NCBI GenBank assembly: GCA_965223845.1
Contig: CBDCXR010000004.1
Location: 832,001 to 896,000 of the forward strand
Reading direction: 5' to 3'
Source of the DNA: Planctomycetota bacterium
GTDB lineage: Bacteria > Planctomycetota > UBA8108 > SXIK01
Length of the DNA stretch: 64,000 nucleotides
This document shows, in pieces, positions 1 to 9,153 of this stretch. The notes beneath the pieces are model-generated. The model saw only the letters and a program-made list of their open reading frames with translations. It ran no database searches and was not told the origin of the DNA. The number at the start of each line of letters is the position of its first letter. Position 1 is the stretch's first letter. The translations under genes and the position numbers were made by a program.

Positions 1-156
1 GAGGCTTTCAACATCGCGGACGCGATCTTCCTCCTCAACAACCTGTTCGGCGACGGCCCACCTCCGCTCGAGGGCGTGGGCGAGGACGGATTTGGCTGCG
101 GACCGGACCTGGAACCGGCGACCTCGATCGGTTGCGAGCTCTACGACAAGTGCTGA
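1..156 (+). CDS. 3' end of a secreted protein with a C-terminal planctomycete-type dockerin-like domain (partial, runs off the window)
   Basis: Frame 1 reads EAFNIADAIFLLNNLFGDGPPPLEGVGEDGFGCGPDLEPATSIGCELYDKC*. This matches the 'NIxDAIxLLxxLF..P.P...CG.D......C' tail of four other genes in the window. Not in the ORF track because it has no start. Confidence 0.8.
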   Translation, partial: EAFNIADAIFLLNNLFGDGPPPLEGVGEDGFGCGPDLEPATSIGCELYDKC

Positions 157-286
157 GACGATCGATCGTTCATTCGGCGTAGCGCGGGGGAAAGACGAGA
201 GACAACTCGCGATCGAGAGGTGATCGTGGGGCGAGGGCGATCCGCGATCGCTTTCCTTCCGTGGAGCCCCGCACGTTCTCTACCTG

Positions 287-610
287 ATGGGGCTCGGGAT
301 CCTTTCGAGTGTCATTCGACACGCGATCACGAGCGACCTCGACATGCTCGACTTTCGCGTACTCGCCGTGGCGGGAACGACTCTGGTCTATCTGGGAAAG
401 CAAATCAGCTACTTCGTCGCGTTTCCGCCCTACCTCTTCAATATCCTGGTGAACTCCACCGTCTGCATCGGAGTGACGACGGCCTCGACGTTTCTCCCGC
501 GCCCAGAGTACATGTTGATCGGAATTACGCTCGCCTTGGTCTTCTACTCGTACTCGAACTTCCGCTGGACTCTCCCGAAGAACGTGGAGGCGTACCTGAC
601 GGAAGAATAG
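287..610 (+). pseudogene. Small membrane protein, possibly a 5'-truncated remnant of an LtrA-like (low temperature requirement A) membrane protein
   Basis: 107 aa with about three hydrophobic segments and protein-like composition. The hydrophobic frame extends upstream (HVLYL-M) but meets a TGA at 221 with no good start. LtrA resemblance is from memory only. Confidence 0.35.
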
Positions 611-678
611 AGTCGATCGATCAGGGCAAGCCCCCGAATCTCCGCCACCCGTCGCCGCGCCGTTGCGAGCGACGACTC

Positions 679-1515
679 CTACGCGGAGTTCACGCGTTTG
701 CTTTTCGCCCAACTCATTCGCAGCAATCCAGGACGGATGGTCAAGACCGTGCCTAGCGCGATGGTCGCGGACCAACCCGCTACGAAATAGGCGTTGCTCA
801 TGCTGTGATCCGTCGCGCCGTACCAGCGCGGAGCGAGATTCATGAGCATGTGCGCCGTGATCGGTACATACAGGTTGCGCGACCACTGGTGCGCCAGCCA
901 AGCGAACCAAACGCCACCGGCGCCGGTCGTGAGCAACGCAGGCCACCCGTTCGCAATGCCGTCCGCGGTCCAGCGCACGTGTACGAGGCCGAAAAACACC
1001 GCGCTGACGATCGTCGCCGTCCAGAACTTGACGCCGACCAACTGCACCAACGCCAGCACGAGCACGCCCCGGAAAAACCACTCCTCGGCGATCGGCGCCG
1101 AGAAGCCGATACGGATCATCTTGGGTGGGAAGGACGCGGCGTCATCGAGCACGAGACCACGGACGATGCCGACGGCGATGATCGGGATGCAGATGACTCC
1201 TCCCACCGCGATCCCTTTCAGCGCGCCGTGGCGTAAGCCGAGGTCGCGGAGCAGGCCCTGCGATTCGCCCGGGCCGACGAAACGCATTATCCTCCACAGG
1301 CCCACGCCGAGGACGATCCACAGTATCTCCGTATCCGAGGCCCTCACCCAATCGGGTACGCCGAGTTCTGCCAGCCAGACGTGGAACGACTTGTACACGC
1401 CAAGTTCACCGCGGTAACGGACCACGGCGAGCAGCGCCATCGCGAGGAGCCAGACGACGAGGGCGCCGCTGCGGTTCTTCCTGGGTGCGTGCTCGGGGGT
1501 GTCGTCTTCAGTCAT
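679..1515 (-). CDS. CPBP (Abi/CAAX-type) intramembrane glutamic endopeptidase
   Basis: Multi-TM protein with motifs APIAEEWFFRG (EExxxR), FGLVH (FxxxH) and AHMLMN (HxxxN). Confidence 0.9.
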   Translation of the reverse strand: MTEDDTPEHAPRKNRSGALVVWLLAMALLAVVRYRGELGVYKSFHVWLAELGVPDWVRASDTEILWIVLGVGLWRIMRFVGPGESQGLLRDLGLRHGALKGIAVGGVICIPIIAVGIVRGLVLDDAASFPPKMIRIGFSAPIAEEWFFRGVLVLALVQLVGVKFWTATIVSAVFFGLVHVRWTADGIANGWPALLTTGAGGVWFAWLAHQWSRNLYVPITAHMLMNLAPRWYGATDHSMSNAYFVAGWSATIALGTVLTIRPGLLRMSWAKSKRVNSA

Positions 1516-1607
1516 GCCCGCAGCGCGAGGGTAGCGCGTTTAAGCTCGGATGCGATCGACCTGAGCGCGTACTTCGTGACGCGCGGCTCCCTCCGGAACC
1601 CGGTGAA

Positions 1608-1681
1608 TGGGCGTGCCCAGACTCGAACTGGGAACTTCCACCTTGTAAGGGTGGCACTCTAGCCGATTGAGTTACACGCCC
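1608..1681 (-). tRNA. trnV: tRNA-Val (anticodon TAC)
   Basis: Minus strand GGGCGTGTAACTCAATCGGCTAGAGTGCCACCCTTACAAGGTGGAAGTTCCCAGTTCGAGTCTGGGCACGCCCA. Acceptor stem GGGCGTG/CACGCCC, anticodon arm CCACC-CTTACAA-GGTGG, T-loop TTCGAGT. CCA not encoded. Confidence 0.97.
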
Positions 1682-1911
1682 ATCGATCGTCGATCTGGTG
1701 CCGCAAGGTAGCCCGAACGACGGAGAGGATCAACTCCTCGCGCCTTCGATCTCGTGTCCAGTCTTCCCGAGGTCCTCGGTACCCGGCCGACCGCGCCGGC
1801 TGTCGAATCCATCGCTTCCTTGCGGTAGAGTTTCCGGCGAGCGCGGAGCGATGTCGTGCGACCTCGCCTCGGCGCCGCGCTCCATCCGTCCTCCGAGAGT
1901 GCACTGAAACG

Positions 1912-2940
1912 ATGAGCGAACGTCGCAATCGCCAGTGGCGCGTGAAGAGCCTTCCCCACGGGAGAATACGTCCAGAGGATTTCGAGTTCGTCGAAGACGC
2001 CGTGCCTGAAATCAGGGACGGTGAGATGCTCCTTCGCAGTATCTACCTCTCCCTCGACCCCGCGAATCGAGGGTGGCTCTCCGGGCGCCGAACCTACGTC
2101 GCTCCCGTACAGGCCGGCGACGTGATGCGCGGTGCAACGGTCGGTGTCGTCGAAGACTCGCGGCTCGAGGGGTACTCCGCGGGTGACCTCGTTCTCTGCG
2201 CGATCGGGTGGCAGGACTATGCAGTGAGCGACGGGAAGGGCGTGACGAAGATCCCCTCGGGTCCGCTTCCGCTCACCGCGCATCTCGGTCTTCTCGGCCA
2301 CATCGGTCTCACGGCGTACTTCGGCCTTCTCGACGTCGGGAAGCCAAAGGCGGGTGAAACGCTGGTGGTCTCCACGGCCGCGGGAGCCGTCGGTTCGCTC
2401 GTCAGCCAGATCGGGAAGATCAAAGGCTGCCGTGTCGTCGGGATTGCGGGCGGCGAGGAGAAGTGCTCGTGGCTCACCGGGGAGCTCGGGCTCGACGCCG
2501 CGATCGATTACAAGAACGAGAATGTCGCCAAAGCTCTCCGTGCGGCGTGCCCGGACGGCATCGACATCTACTTCGACAACGTCGGCGGCGAGATCCTCGA
2601 AGCGGCGCTCTCGCTCATTCGCGAACGGGCGCGCGTCGTGATCTGCGGAATGATCTCGCAGTACAACGCGACCGAGCCCGTTCCCGGGCCGAAGAATCTC
2701 ATTCAACTCCTCGCTCAGCGGGCGCGCATGGAGGGATTCATCGTCCTCGATTATCTCTCTCGCGCTTCGGAGGCGGTCGGTGAGCTCGTCCGCTGGCACC
2801 TCGAAGGGAAGCTCAAGTATCGAGTCGACGTCATCGACGGGCTCGAGCAGGCGCCGGTCGCCATCAACCGTCTCTTCGACGGAACGAACCGGGGAAAGCT
2901 CGCGGTGAGGGTCTCGGAGGAGCCGAGTCCGTCCGCGTAA
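1912..2940 (+). CDS. NADP-dependent oxidoreductase (MDR superfamily, prostaglandin reductase/CurA-like)
   Basis: YLSLDP, LTAYFGL, AAGAVGS nucleotide-binding loop, GIDIYFDNVGG, CGMISQYN, GKLAV. Confidence 0.93.
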   Translation: MSERRNRQWRVKSLPHGRIRPEDFEFVEDAVPEIRDGEMLLRSIYLSLDPANRGWLSGRRTYVAPVQAGDVMRGATVGVVEDSRLEGYSAGDLVLCAIGWQDYAVSDGKGVTKIPSGPLPLTAHLGLLGHIGLTAYFGLLDVGKPKAGETLVVSTAAGAVGSLVSQIGKIKGCRVVGIAGGEEKCSWLTGELGLDAAIDYKNENVAKALRAACPDGIDIYFDNVGGEILEAALSLIRERARVVICGMISQYNATEPVPGPKNLIQLLAQRARMEGFIVLDYLSRASEAVGELVRWHLEGKLKYRVDVIDGLEQAPVAINRLFDGTNRGKLAVRVSEEPSPSA

Positions 2941-3073
2941 GATCGCCCGCGATGATCGGGTCGGCGATCTCGTCGAACGAGACTGGTCGGCGCTCTTCAC
3001 TTCGCGATACCATCGCCGCTCGCGAATCTCTCGATTCACTTCTTCTCCTTGCCCTCCCGAAAGCTCAAGCTCG

Positions 3074-6000
3074 ATGCATCGCTCACGCCGCCGGACCCTT
3101 CTCGCCGCCGTATCGACGTTCTGTTTGCTCCTCCCTCCCGTGAGTGCGTTCAGCTCTCCTACATTCGACGACACGGACGACAGCGAGCAGGCGCCGGTCC
3201 GCATTCTGCGAGTTTCCTCCGGCCGATCCTATACGCTCGACCGGGCGGTGCTCGGCCGGGTCGCGTACGTCGATCGTCGCTACCGCCTCACCGCCCTCCC
3301 CGAGCGGCTCGGCGGCAAGATCCTCGTCCGCACGTCGAATGAGGATGATCAGGTCGACGCAGCCGAGCACGTCGTTCTCGAGCTCGCGTCTCCCTCTGCC
3401 GTCTACGTTGCCTTCGACGAACGAGCGCGCGCGCGTGCGGACTGGCTCGCCGAGTGGGCGGATACCGGCTGGTGGGTCGGGACGGACGACACGAACTTCG
3501 TCGTCTACCAACGCGTGTTCCCGGCGGGGCGAGTTCAGCTCGGCGGAAACGCACGTGCGGGCACTGGCGCCGCGAGTCACTATCTGGTGTTTGTCGAGCC
3601 GGGAGGAGCTGCGGTCGAGGGGAAGACTCAGATGCGGCAACTCCTCGCGAACGAGCTTCCCGCCACCTCGCCTCGCGAGATTACGTCCCCGCTTCCGGCG
3701 TTGCCGCCCGGATTCTCCGCGTCGCTTTTCGCTACGGAGCCGCTCGTCCGCAATCCCGCTTCGCTTTGCTTCGACGCGCGCGGTCGTTTGTTCGTGAGCC
3801 ACGGACCGCAGTTTCGAAAACCGCGTCCGGATACGCCTGGCGACACGATCTCGATCCTCTTGGACGACGACGGCGACGGCGTCGCCGACCGCACGAAGAC
3901 GTTCGCCACCGGATTCAATTCCGTTCAGGGTATGGCCTGGAAGGGACGCGATCTCTGGGTCGCCAACGCGCCGGAGCTCACGATCGTTCGCGACCTCGAC
4001 GGCGACGACGAAGCCGACGAGTACGTGCTCGTCTACGCCGACCTCGGGAATCTCGAGCACGGTATTCACGGCCTCAACTGGGCTCCCGACGGCAGGCTCT
4101 ACATGTCGAAGGGAAACTCGAAGGGGAAGAACGAAGACGGTCGCCACGCACCGAAACCCTTTCGCGATCTTTGGGGCGCGGACGAGCCGGAGGGGATCCC
4201 CGAGTTTCCGGCGCCGCAGATCTTCAAGAAGGGCGAGTACCGAAAGGGCTACCACGACCCGAGTGATGACTGGGGGCGCGAAGGCGGAGTCCTCCGATGC
4301 GAAGACGGCGGTGCGAACCTCGAGATCATCTCGCGCGGCTTTCGCAATCCGTGGGACATCGCGTTCGACGACGGCTTCGACTGGATCGGCACCGACAACG
4401 ATCAAAACGACGGCGATCGCGTCTTCATGCCATTCTTTGGAGCCCACTTCGGGTGGGGACACCTCTGGAGCTACAACTGGACCGGCGAAGACCACGCGCC
4501 GACCGTTCCCATCAGCGCGCCCGTGTTTCACGGCTCGGGAACGGGAGTCGTGTTCTCGGCGTCGCCTCGGTTTCCGCTCGCATATCGCCACGTGTTTTTG
4601 ATCAACGACTGGGGGCGGAAAGTGACCTACGTCTTCCGGCCGTCCTGGCACGGATCCCTCATGACCGAGGAGTCGGGCGAGCTCGAAGAGTTCGCGCGCG
4701 AGCAGCCGGGAGGTCTCTATCGGCCTTCCGACATTGAGGTCGGTCCCGACGGAGCGCTCTACGTCGGCGGGTGGGGGAGCGGCTACGGCGTGGAGTGGAC
4801 GAAGCTGAACACCGAGATGCGAAACGAAGGAAGGATCTTCAAGATTCGCTACGACGGGATTCCGCTCGCGACTCGGGACGAATGGTGGACCGAGAAACGA
4901 GCGAAGCCGCTCGCCGAGTGGTCGACGGCCGAGCTGATCGAGGATCTGTCGCAAGAAGCACTCCCCGTGTGGCGAGTCGACGCGCAGGAAGAGCTCGTCC
5001 GCCGCGGTCCCGCCGGACGCGACGATCTCATCCGCGCGATCGAGGCGCGTGAGCTCACGAAAGCACAAGAAACTTGGGCCGTCTGGGCGCTCGCCCGGAT
5101 CGACCCGGAAGACGCAGCGATCGATTTCATCTTGGCGCGCTTCTACCTCGACGGCGGCGCGTCGATCAACCTGAAGGTTCAAGCCATCCGAACGCTCGGA
5201 TTCCGCGTGAGAGCACGGCTCCCGCGTGGCCGTCTGCCGACGTTGATCTCGAGCGCACTCCGACATGCCGACCCGCGCGTTCGCCACGCCGCCGTCGACG
5301 CGATTTGGCAGGCGCGACAGTCGTTTCTCGCAGATCGACTTCTTCAGGTCGCGGCGTCGGACCCTGACCGGCTGACGCGTTACTCCGCGTGGAATGCCGT
5401 TGCCGAGTTCATGGACGTCGCTAGCCGTAAGCGTCGCCTTCGCGATCCGAATCCTCGCGTCCGCCTCGCCATCCTGCTCGGACTTCTGGCGCGCGTGGAG
5501 CTCGAAGCGGACGAAGTCGCGGAGTTCGCGAATGGGGAGTCCGACCCGGACGTCCTCGAGTGGGCGCTCCGTTGGCTCGTCCAGACGAAACCGACGCACT
5601 GGCGCGGGAAGAAGCCCGCTCTCGGCGGCTTGGCATCATCGCGTGCGATCGTGGATCGAATCGAACGAACGAGCGAGTCGCGCGTGCGGAAACGTCTTCT
5701 CGAGCTCCTCGCGTCTCTCGGCGCCGGCGGCGACGAGTGGGAGCGAGTCACCTCACTCTACCGGGAGAGTTCAGGCGACCTCGAGAGCAGAACACTCCTT
5801 CTCCGCGCGCTCGCGGCTGATCGACGGAGCTTCTCGCTTCTCTGGGAAGCGCTCGGCACCGAGTCGACGCGGCTTCGTGAAGCAGCGGTCGACGGGTTCG
5901 TCCGGCACGGGCGCGTCGCGCGCGATTCGCTGCTCGAGCTCTTTGCCCGACCGGGGGCCTCGGCCCCGTTGCCGCCGGGCGCCGTGTCGGCCCTGGCTCG

Positions 6001-7639
6001 TCTTCACGGAGCGAACGAGCCGTGGACCGCCTCGGGAGCGATCGTCGAACGCCTTGCTTTGTTTTATCGAGAGAGCGACTCACCGATCGACCGCGCCAAC
6101 GTCGTCAGGATACTTGCCGACGCGAGCGCGAACTCGTGGCGAGTCGAAACTCGCGAACGAGAACAAGCACGCGCCGTCCTCTCGAGCGCCGCGGAAGACG
6201 CGGATCCGCGAGTCCAAGACGCCGCTCTCGTGCTCGCGGCGAAGCTCGGAACGAACGTCTCGATCACGCCCCGCGAAGCTTCCTCGGTCGCGAAGATCGT
6301 CGAGTTGACACCCGAGGCGGACGTCGCGCTCGGAGAGTCGATCTTCTTCGACGCGAACCGGGCGAACTGCGTCGGGTGCCACCGGATCGACGGACGCGGC
6401 GCAGCGTTCGCGCCAGATCTTTCCGACGTCGGGCTCCGGGCCGACCGCGAGACCCTCGCGCGCGCGATCGTCGAACCGAGCGCGGTGATCACCGAAGGCT
6501 TCCGTGCTTACGATGTCGTCACCGACGACGGGACCGCGTACTCGGGTCTCGTCCTCGAGGAGACGAGCTCGACTCTGCGTCTCGTTCTCTCGGACGGCCG
6601 GGACGTCGCGATCGAGAAGGAACGAATCGCCGAGCGGCAGACGACGGAGCGTTCGGCCATGCCGGACAATTTCGGCGTCCTTCTCGCCGACACCGAGCTC
6701 GCTGCACTCGTCGCCTATCTCGAAGAGCGAACGAACCGATCCGCGGGGCGCGAGCAGTCGTCGGTAGCACGGTCAGGGAACCTCGTCAGCTTCGAGCGCG
6801 TACGGGGAGCGCTCCGCATCTTCGTCGGCGGCGCGGAGCTCGCGACCTACGTGTACGAGGACCCAAAGGTCGCGCGACCGTTTCTCGCCAACGTCAAAGT
6901 CTCGGGCGGCGTCGCCGTAACGCGTCCGCATCCGCCGGTCGAAGGCGTCGACGCAAGCGATCATGCCGCGATGCACCCCGGCGTTTGGCTGGCCTTCGGC
7001 GATCTCGCCGGCGCGGACTTTTGGCGCAACCGCGGCCGTGTCGAGCACGTCCGGTTCACGAGCTCGCCGCGCGGCGGCCGAGGTCGAGGGTCGTTCGCGG
7101 TCGAGAACCGTTACGTAGCGAACGGCCGCGAGATTTGCCGGCAAACGTGCCGGTACACGATCGAAGGGCGGCCCGAGGGCGCGCTCATCCGCATCGAGAC
7201 GACGTTCCGAAGCGACACGGCAGAGTTCGATTTCGGCGAACAGGAAGAGATGGGGCTCGGCGTTCGCCTCGCGACCGGGCTCACGGTGAAGACCGGAGGG
7301 CGCATTCTCAACTCGAGCGGCCTCGTGAACGAGAGCAACGTCTGGGGGAAGCAGGCCGATTGGTGCGACTACAGCGGCGTCGTGGGTGCCCGGCGGATCG
7401 GCCTCACGCTCTTCGCGCATCCCGAGAATCCCCACCGACCGTGGTTCCACGCGCGCGACTACGGAGCTCTCGTCGCGAATCCGTTTGGTCGGCGAGCCGG
7501 AGCAAGGGAGCGAACTTCCGTGACGCAGGGGCAGCCGTATCGACTGCGGTTCGGCGTTCTCGTCTACGCGGCGAATGCGGCCGCCCCGATCGACTTCGCG
7601 AAGGTATTCGCGAATTACGTCTCAGGCTCGAAAGACTGA
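3074..7639 (+). CDS. Secreted PVC-type heme-binding CxxCH protein (beta-propeller dehydrogenase-like domain + HEAT repeats + cytochrome c) fused to a C-terminal DUF6807/'PmoA-family' domain
   Basis: Signal peptide; 'FATEPLVRNP..FDARGRL', DDDGDGVAD and GFRNPWD propeller motifs; HEAT-like repeats; CVGCH followed by APDLSDVG and distal SAMP; C-terminal 'RPFLANV...DH..MHPGVWLAFG...WFHARDYG' domain. Confidence 0.85.
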   Translation: MHRSRRRTLLAAVSTFCLLLPPVSAFSSPTFDDTDDSEQAPVRILRVSSGRSYTLDRAVLGRVAYVDRRYRLTALPERLGGKILVRTSNEDDQVDAAEHVVLELASPSAVYVAFDERARARADWLAEWADTGWWVGTDDTNFVVYQRVFPAGRVQLGGNARAGTGAASHYLVFVEPGGAAVEGKTQMRQLLANELPATSPREITSPLPALPPGFSASLFATEPLVRNPASLCFDARGRLFVSHGPQFRKPRPDTPGDTISILLDDDGDGVADRTKTFATGFNSVQGMAWKGRDLWVANAPELTIVRDLDGDDEADEYVLVYADLGNLEHGIHGLNWAPDGRLYMSKGNSKGKNEDGRHAPKPFRDLWGADEPEGIPEFPAPQIFKKGEYRKGYHDPSDDWGREGGVLRCEDGGANLEIISRGFRNPWDIAFDDGFDWIGTDNDQNDGDRVFMPFFGAHFGWGHLWSYNWTGEDHAPTVPISAPVFHGSGTGVVFSASPRFPLAYRHVFLINDWGRKVTYVFRPSWHGSLMTEESGELEEFAREQPGGLYRPSDIEVGPDGALYVGGWGSGYGVEWTKLNTEMRNEGRIFKIRYDGIPLATRDEWWTEKRAKPLAEWSTAELIEDLSQEALPVWRVDAQEELVRRGPAGRDDLIRAIEARELTKAQETWAVWALARIDPEDAAIDFILARFYLDGGASINLKVQAIRTLGFRVRARLPRGRLPTLISSALRHADPRVRHAAVDAIWQARQSFLADRLLQVAASDPDRLTRYSAWNAVAEFMDVASRKRRLRDPNPRVRLAILLGLLARVELEADEVAEFANGESDPDVLEWALRWLVQTKPTHWRGKKPALGGLASSRAIVDRIERTSESRVRKRLLELLASLGAGGDEWERVTSLYRESSGDLESRTLLLRALAADRRSFSLLWEALGTESTRLREAAVDGFVRHGRVARDSLLELFARPGASAPLPPGAVSALARLHGANEPWTASGAIVERLALFYRESDSPIDRANVVRILADASANSWRVETREREQARAVLSSAAEDADPRVQDAALVLAAKLGTNVSITPREASSVAKIVELTPEADVALGESIFFDANRANCVGCHRIDGRGAAFAPDLSDVGLRADRETLARAIVEPSAVITEGFRAYDVVTDDGTAYSGLVLEETSSTLRLVLSDGRDVAIEKERIAERQTTERSAMPDNFGVLLADTELAALVAYLEERTNRSAGREQSSVARSGNLVSFERVRGALRIFVGGAELATYVYEDPKVARPFLANVKVSGGVAVTRPHPPVEGVDASDHAAMHPGVWLAFGDLAGADFWRNRGRVEHVRFTSSPRGGRGRGSFAVENRYVANGREICRQTCRYTIEGRPEGALIRIETTFRSDTAEFDFGEQEEMGLGVRLATGLTVKTGGRILNSSGLVNESNVWGKQADWCDYSGVVGARRIGLTLFAHPENPHRPWFHARDYGALVANPFGRRAGARERTSVTQGQPYRLRFGVLVYAANAAAPIDFAKVFANYVSGSKD

Positions 7640-7662
7640 GGTTCCCGCCTGAACAGAGCCGG

Positions 7663-9078
7663 CTAACGCCTACGCCGTATCGCCGCGGCTTCAGCCGCTG
7701 CGTCGAATCTCGGGTTTCGTTTGGACGGCACGGGAGCACCTACCGCTTCGCGCCACGCCTTGAGTCGGCGGTGGAGCTCGTCGCGACGCTTCGGTTCCGC
7801 CTCGGCGAGGTTGTGTCGTTCGCGGACGTCCCGGCGGAGATCATAGAGCTCGAGCCCACCGTCCTCGAAGTACTCGTGGAGCTTGTAGTCCCCGAGTCGG
7901 ATCACGGAGCAGGGCCGCGTGCGGAAGAGCGGATCGCGCTGCTCGTCGATCACGCGGTAGCTCTCGAGGTACGCCGGGAAGTGCCAGAAGAGTGGGCGGT
8001 CGCCGAAGGTCACGAGCTCCTTCTTGAGAAGTGGGACGAGACTTCGACCGTCGAGCCGGCTCGAGTTTCTCTCGACGTTCGCGATCTCGAGGAGTGTCGG
8101 ATAGAGATCGACGCCGATCACTGGTTCATGGCACGTCGATCCGGGCGAGACGACCTCCGGCCAGTGAACGAAGAGCGGAACGCGGATCCCACCTTCGTAG
8201 TACGTCCCCTTGTACCCCCACAGCGGATCCATGTCCGTCGCCGGACCGTAGCCGCCGTTGTCCGAAAAGAAGATGGTGACGGTGTTCTTCACGAGGTTTT
8301 CGTCCGCGAGCGCGCGGACGATGCGTCCGACGCCGTCGTCGACCGCCTGGATCATCGTGGCCATCTCCGTGTGGCGGTGGAGCGTTCCCGGTTTTTTCTT
8401 CCGGTATTTTTCGAGGAGATCGTTCTTCGCCTGGATCGGAGTGTGAACGGCAAAGTGCGAGAGGTAGACGCACCAAGACTTCTCCTTGCTCGACCGGATG
8501 AACTCGATGGTTCGGTCGGTGAGGACGTCCGTCAGGTACGTCCCGTTGGGACCGAGATGACCACGGAATCCCGGCAGCTTCTGGTGGTCCACCGCAACGT
8601 CGAATCCTTGGGCTTTCGGGTCACCGCCCAGATGCCATTTGCCGAACATCCCCGTTCGGTAGCCCGCGTCTTGCAGCCGCTCCGCCCACGTGACGATGTC
8701 CGGCCGGAGATCCGTCGTCCCTGCGATGTGCTCGAGCCGCCGCCACTTCGCTTTTCCTCGTGGTCGCGTGCCGACGTTGAACACACGGTGCCGCGGAGTG
8801 TACTGACCGGAAAGGAGAGACGCCCGGGCCGGCGCGCAGTTGGCCGCACACGAGTAGGCGTCGGTGAAGACCATTCCGTTCTTTGCGAGGGCGTCGAGGT
8901 GCGGCGTCTCGTAGAAGTCGGAACCCATGTAGCTTGTGTCTTTCCAGCCGAAGTCGTCGAGGTAGATGAAGAGAACGTTCGGCGGGTCGGCCGCGACGGC
9001 TGAGCCCGTCGCGAGCGCTGCGGTGACGACGAGGACGACGATAAGCGGGCGCCGCATGAGCGAGTGACTCCGAATCAT
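7663..9078 (-). CDS. Sulfatase (formylglycine-dependent), secreted
   Basis: PNVLFIYLDDFG, CAPARASLLSG (CxPxR), GKWHLG, FSDNGG, KGTYYEGGIRVP; N-terminal signal peptide. Confidence 0.95.
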   Translation of the reverse strand: MIRSHSLMRRPLIVVLVVTAALATGSAVAADPPNVLFIYLDDFGWKDTSYMGSDFYETPHLDALAKNGMVFTDAYSCAANCAPARASLLSGQYTPRHRVFNVGTRPRGKAKWRRLEHIAGTTDLRPDIVTWAERLQDAGYRTGMFGKWHLGGDPKAQGFDVAVDHQKLPGFRGHLGPNGTYLTDVLTDRTIEFIRSSKEKSWCVYLSHFAVHTPIQAKNDLLEKYRKKKPGTLHRHTEMATMIQAVDDGVGRIVRALADENLVKNTVTIFFSDNGGYGPATDMDPLWGYKGTYYEGGIRVPLFVHWPEVVSPGSTCHEPVIGVDLYPTLLEIANVERNSSRLDGRSLVPLLKKELVTFGDRPLFWHFPAYLESYRVIDEQRDPLFRTRPCSVIRLGDYKLHEYFEDGGLELYDLRRDVRERHNLAEAEPKRRDELHRRLKAWREAVGAPVPSKRNPRFDAAAEAAAIRRRR

Positions 9079-9153
9079 GACTTGGATGTGCCTGCGCTGG
9101 ATGTATCGTCAGAGTACCGCACCGCAGTCGGATGGCACAGCACGGTTCGATGC

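Noticed and set aside
1-1681. Genomic island integrated at tRNA-Val
   Set aside because: No integrase and no duplicate of the tRNA 3' end seen in the window.
6770-7639. 'PmoA' domain as evidence of methane oxidation
   Set aside because: It is a soluble beta-rich DUF6807-type domain; there is no pmoCAB operon or membrane PmoA.
6022-9003. Long alternative or antisense ORFs (6022..9003+, 3083..5599-, 14258..16240-, 31249..32724+, 34282..35997+ and many others)
   Set aside because: Arg/Ala/Pro-rich shadow frames overlapping well-supported genes; expected in high-GC DNA and lacking motifs.
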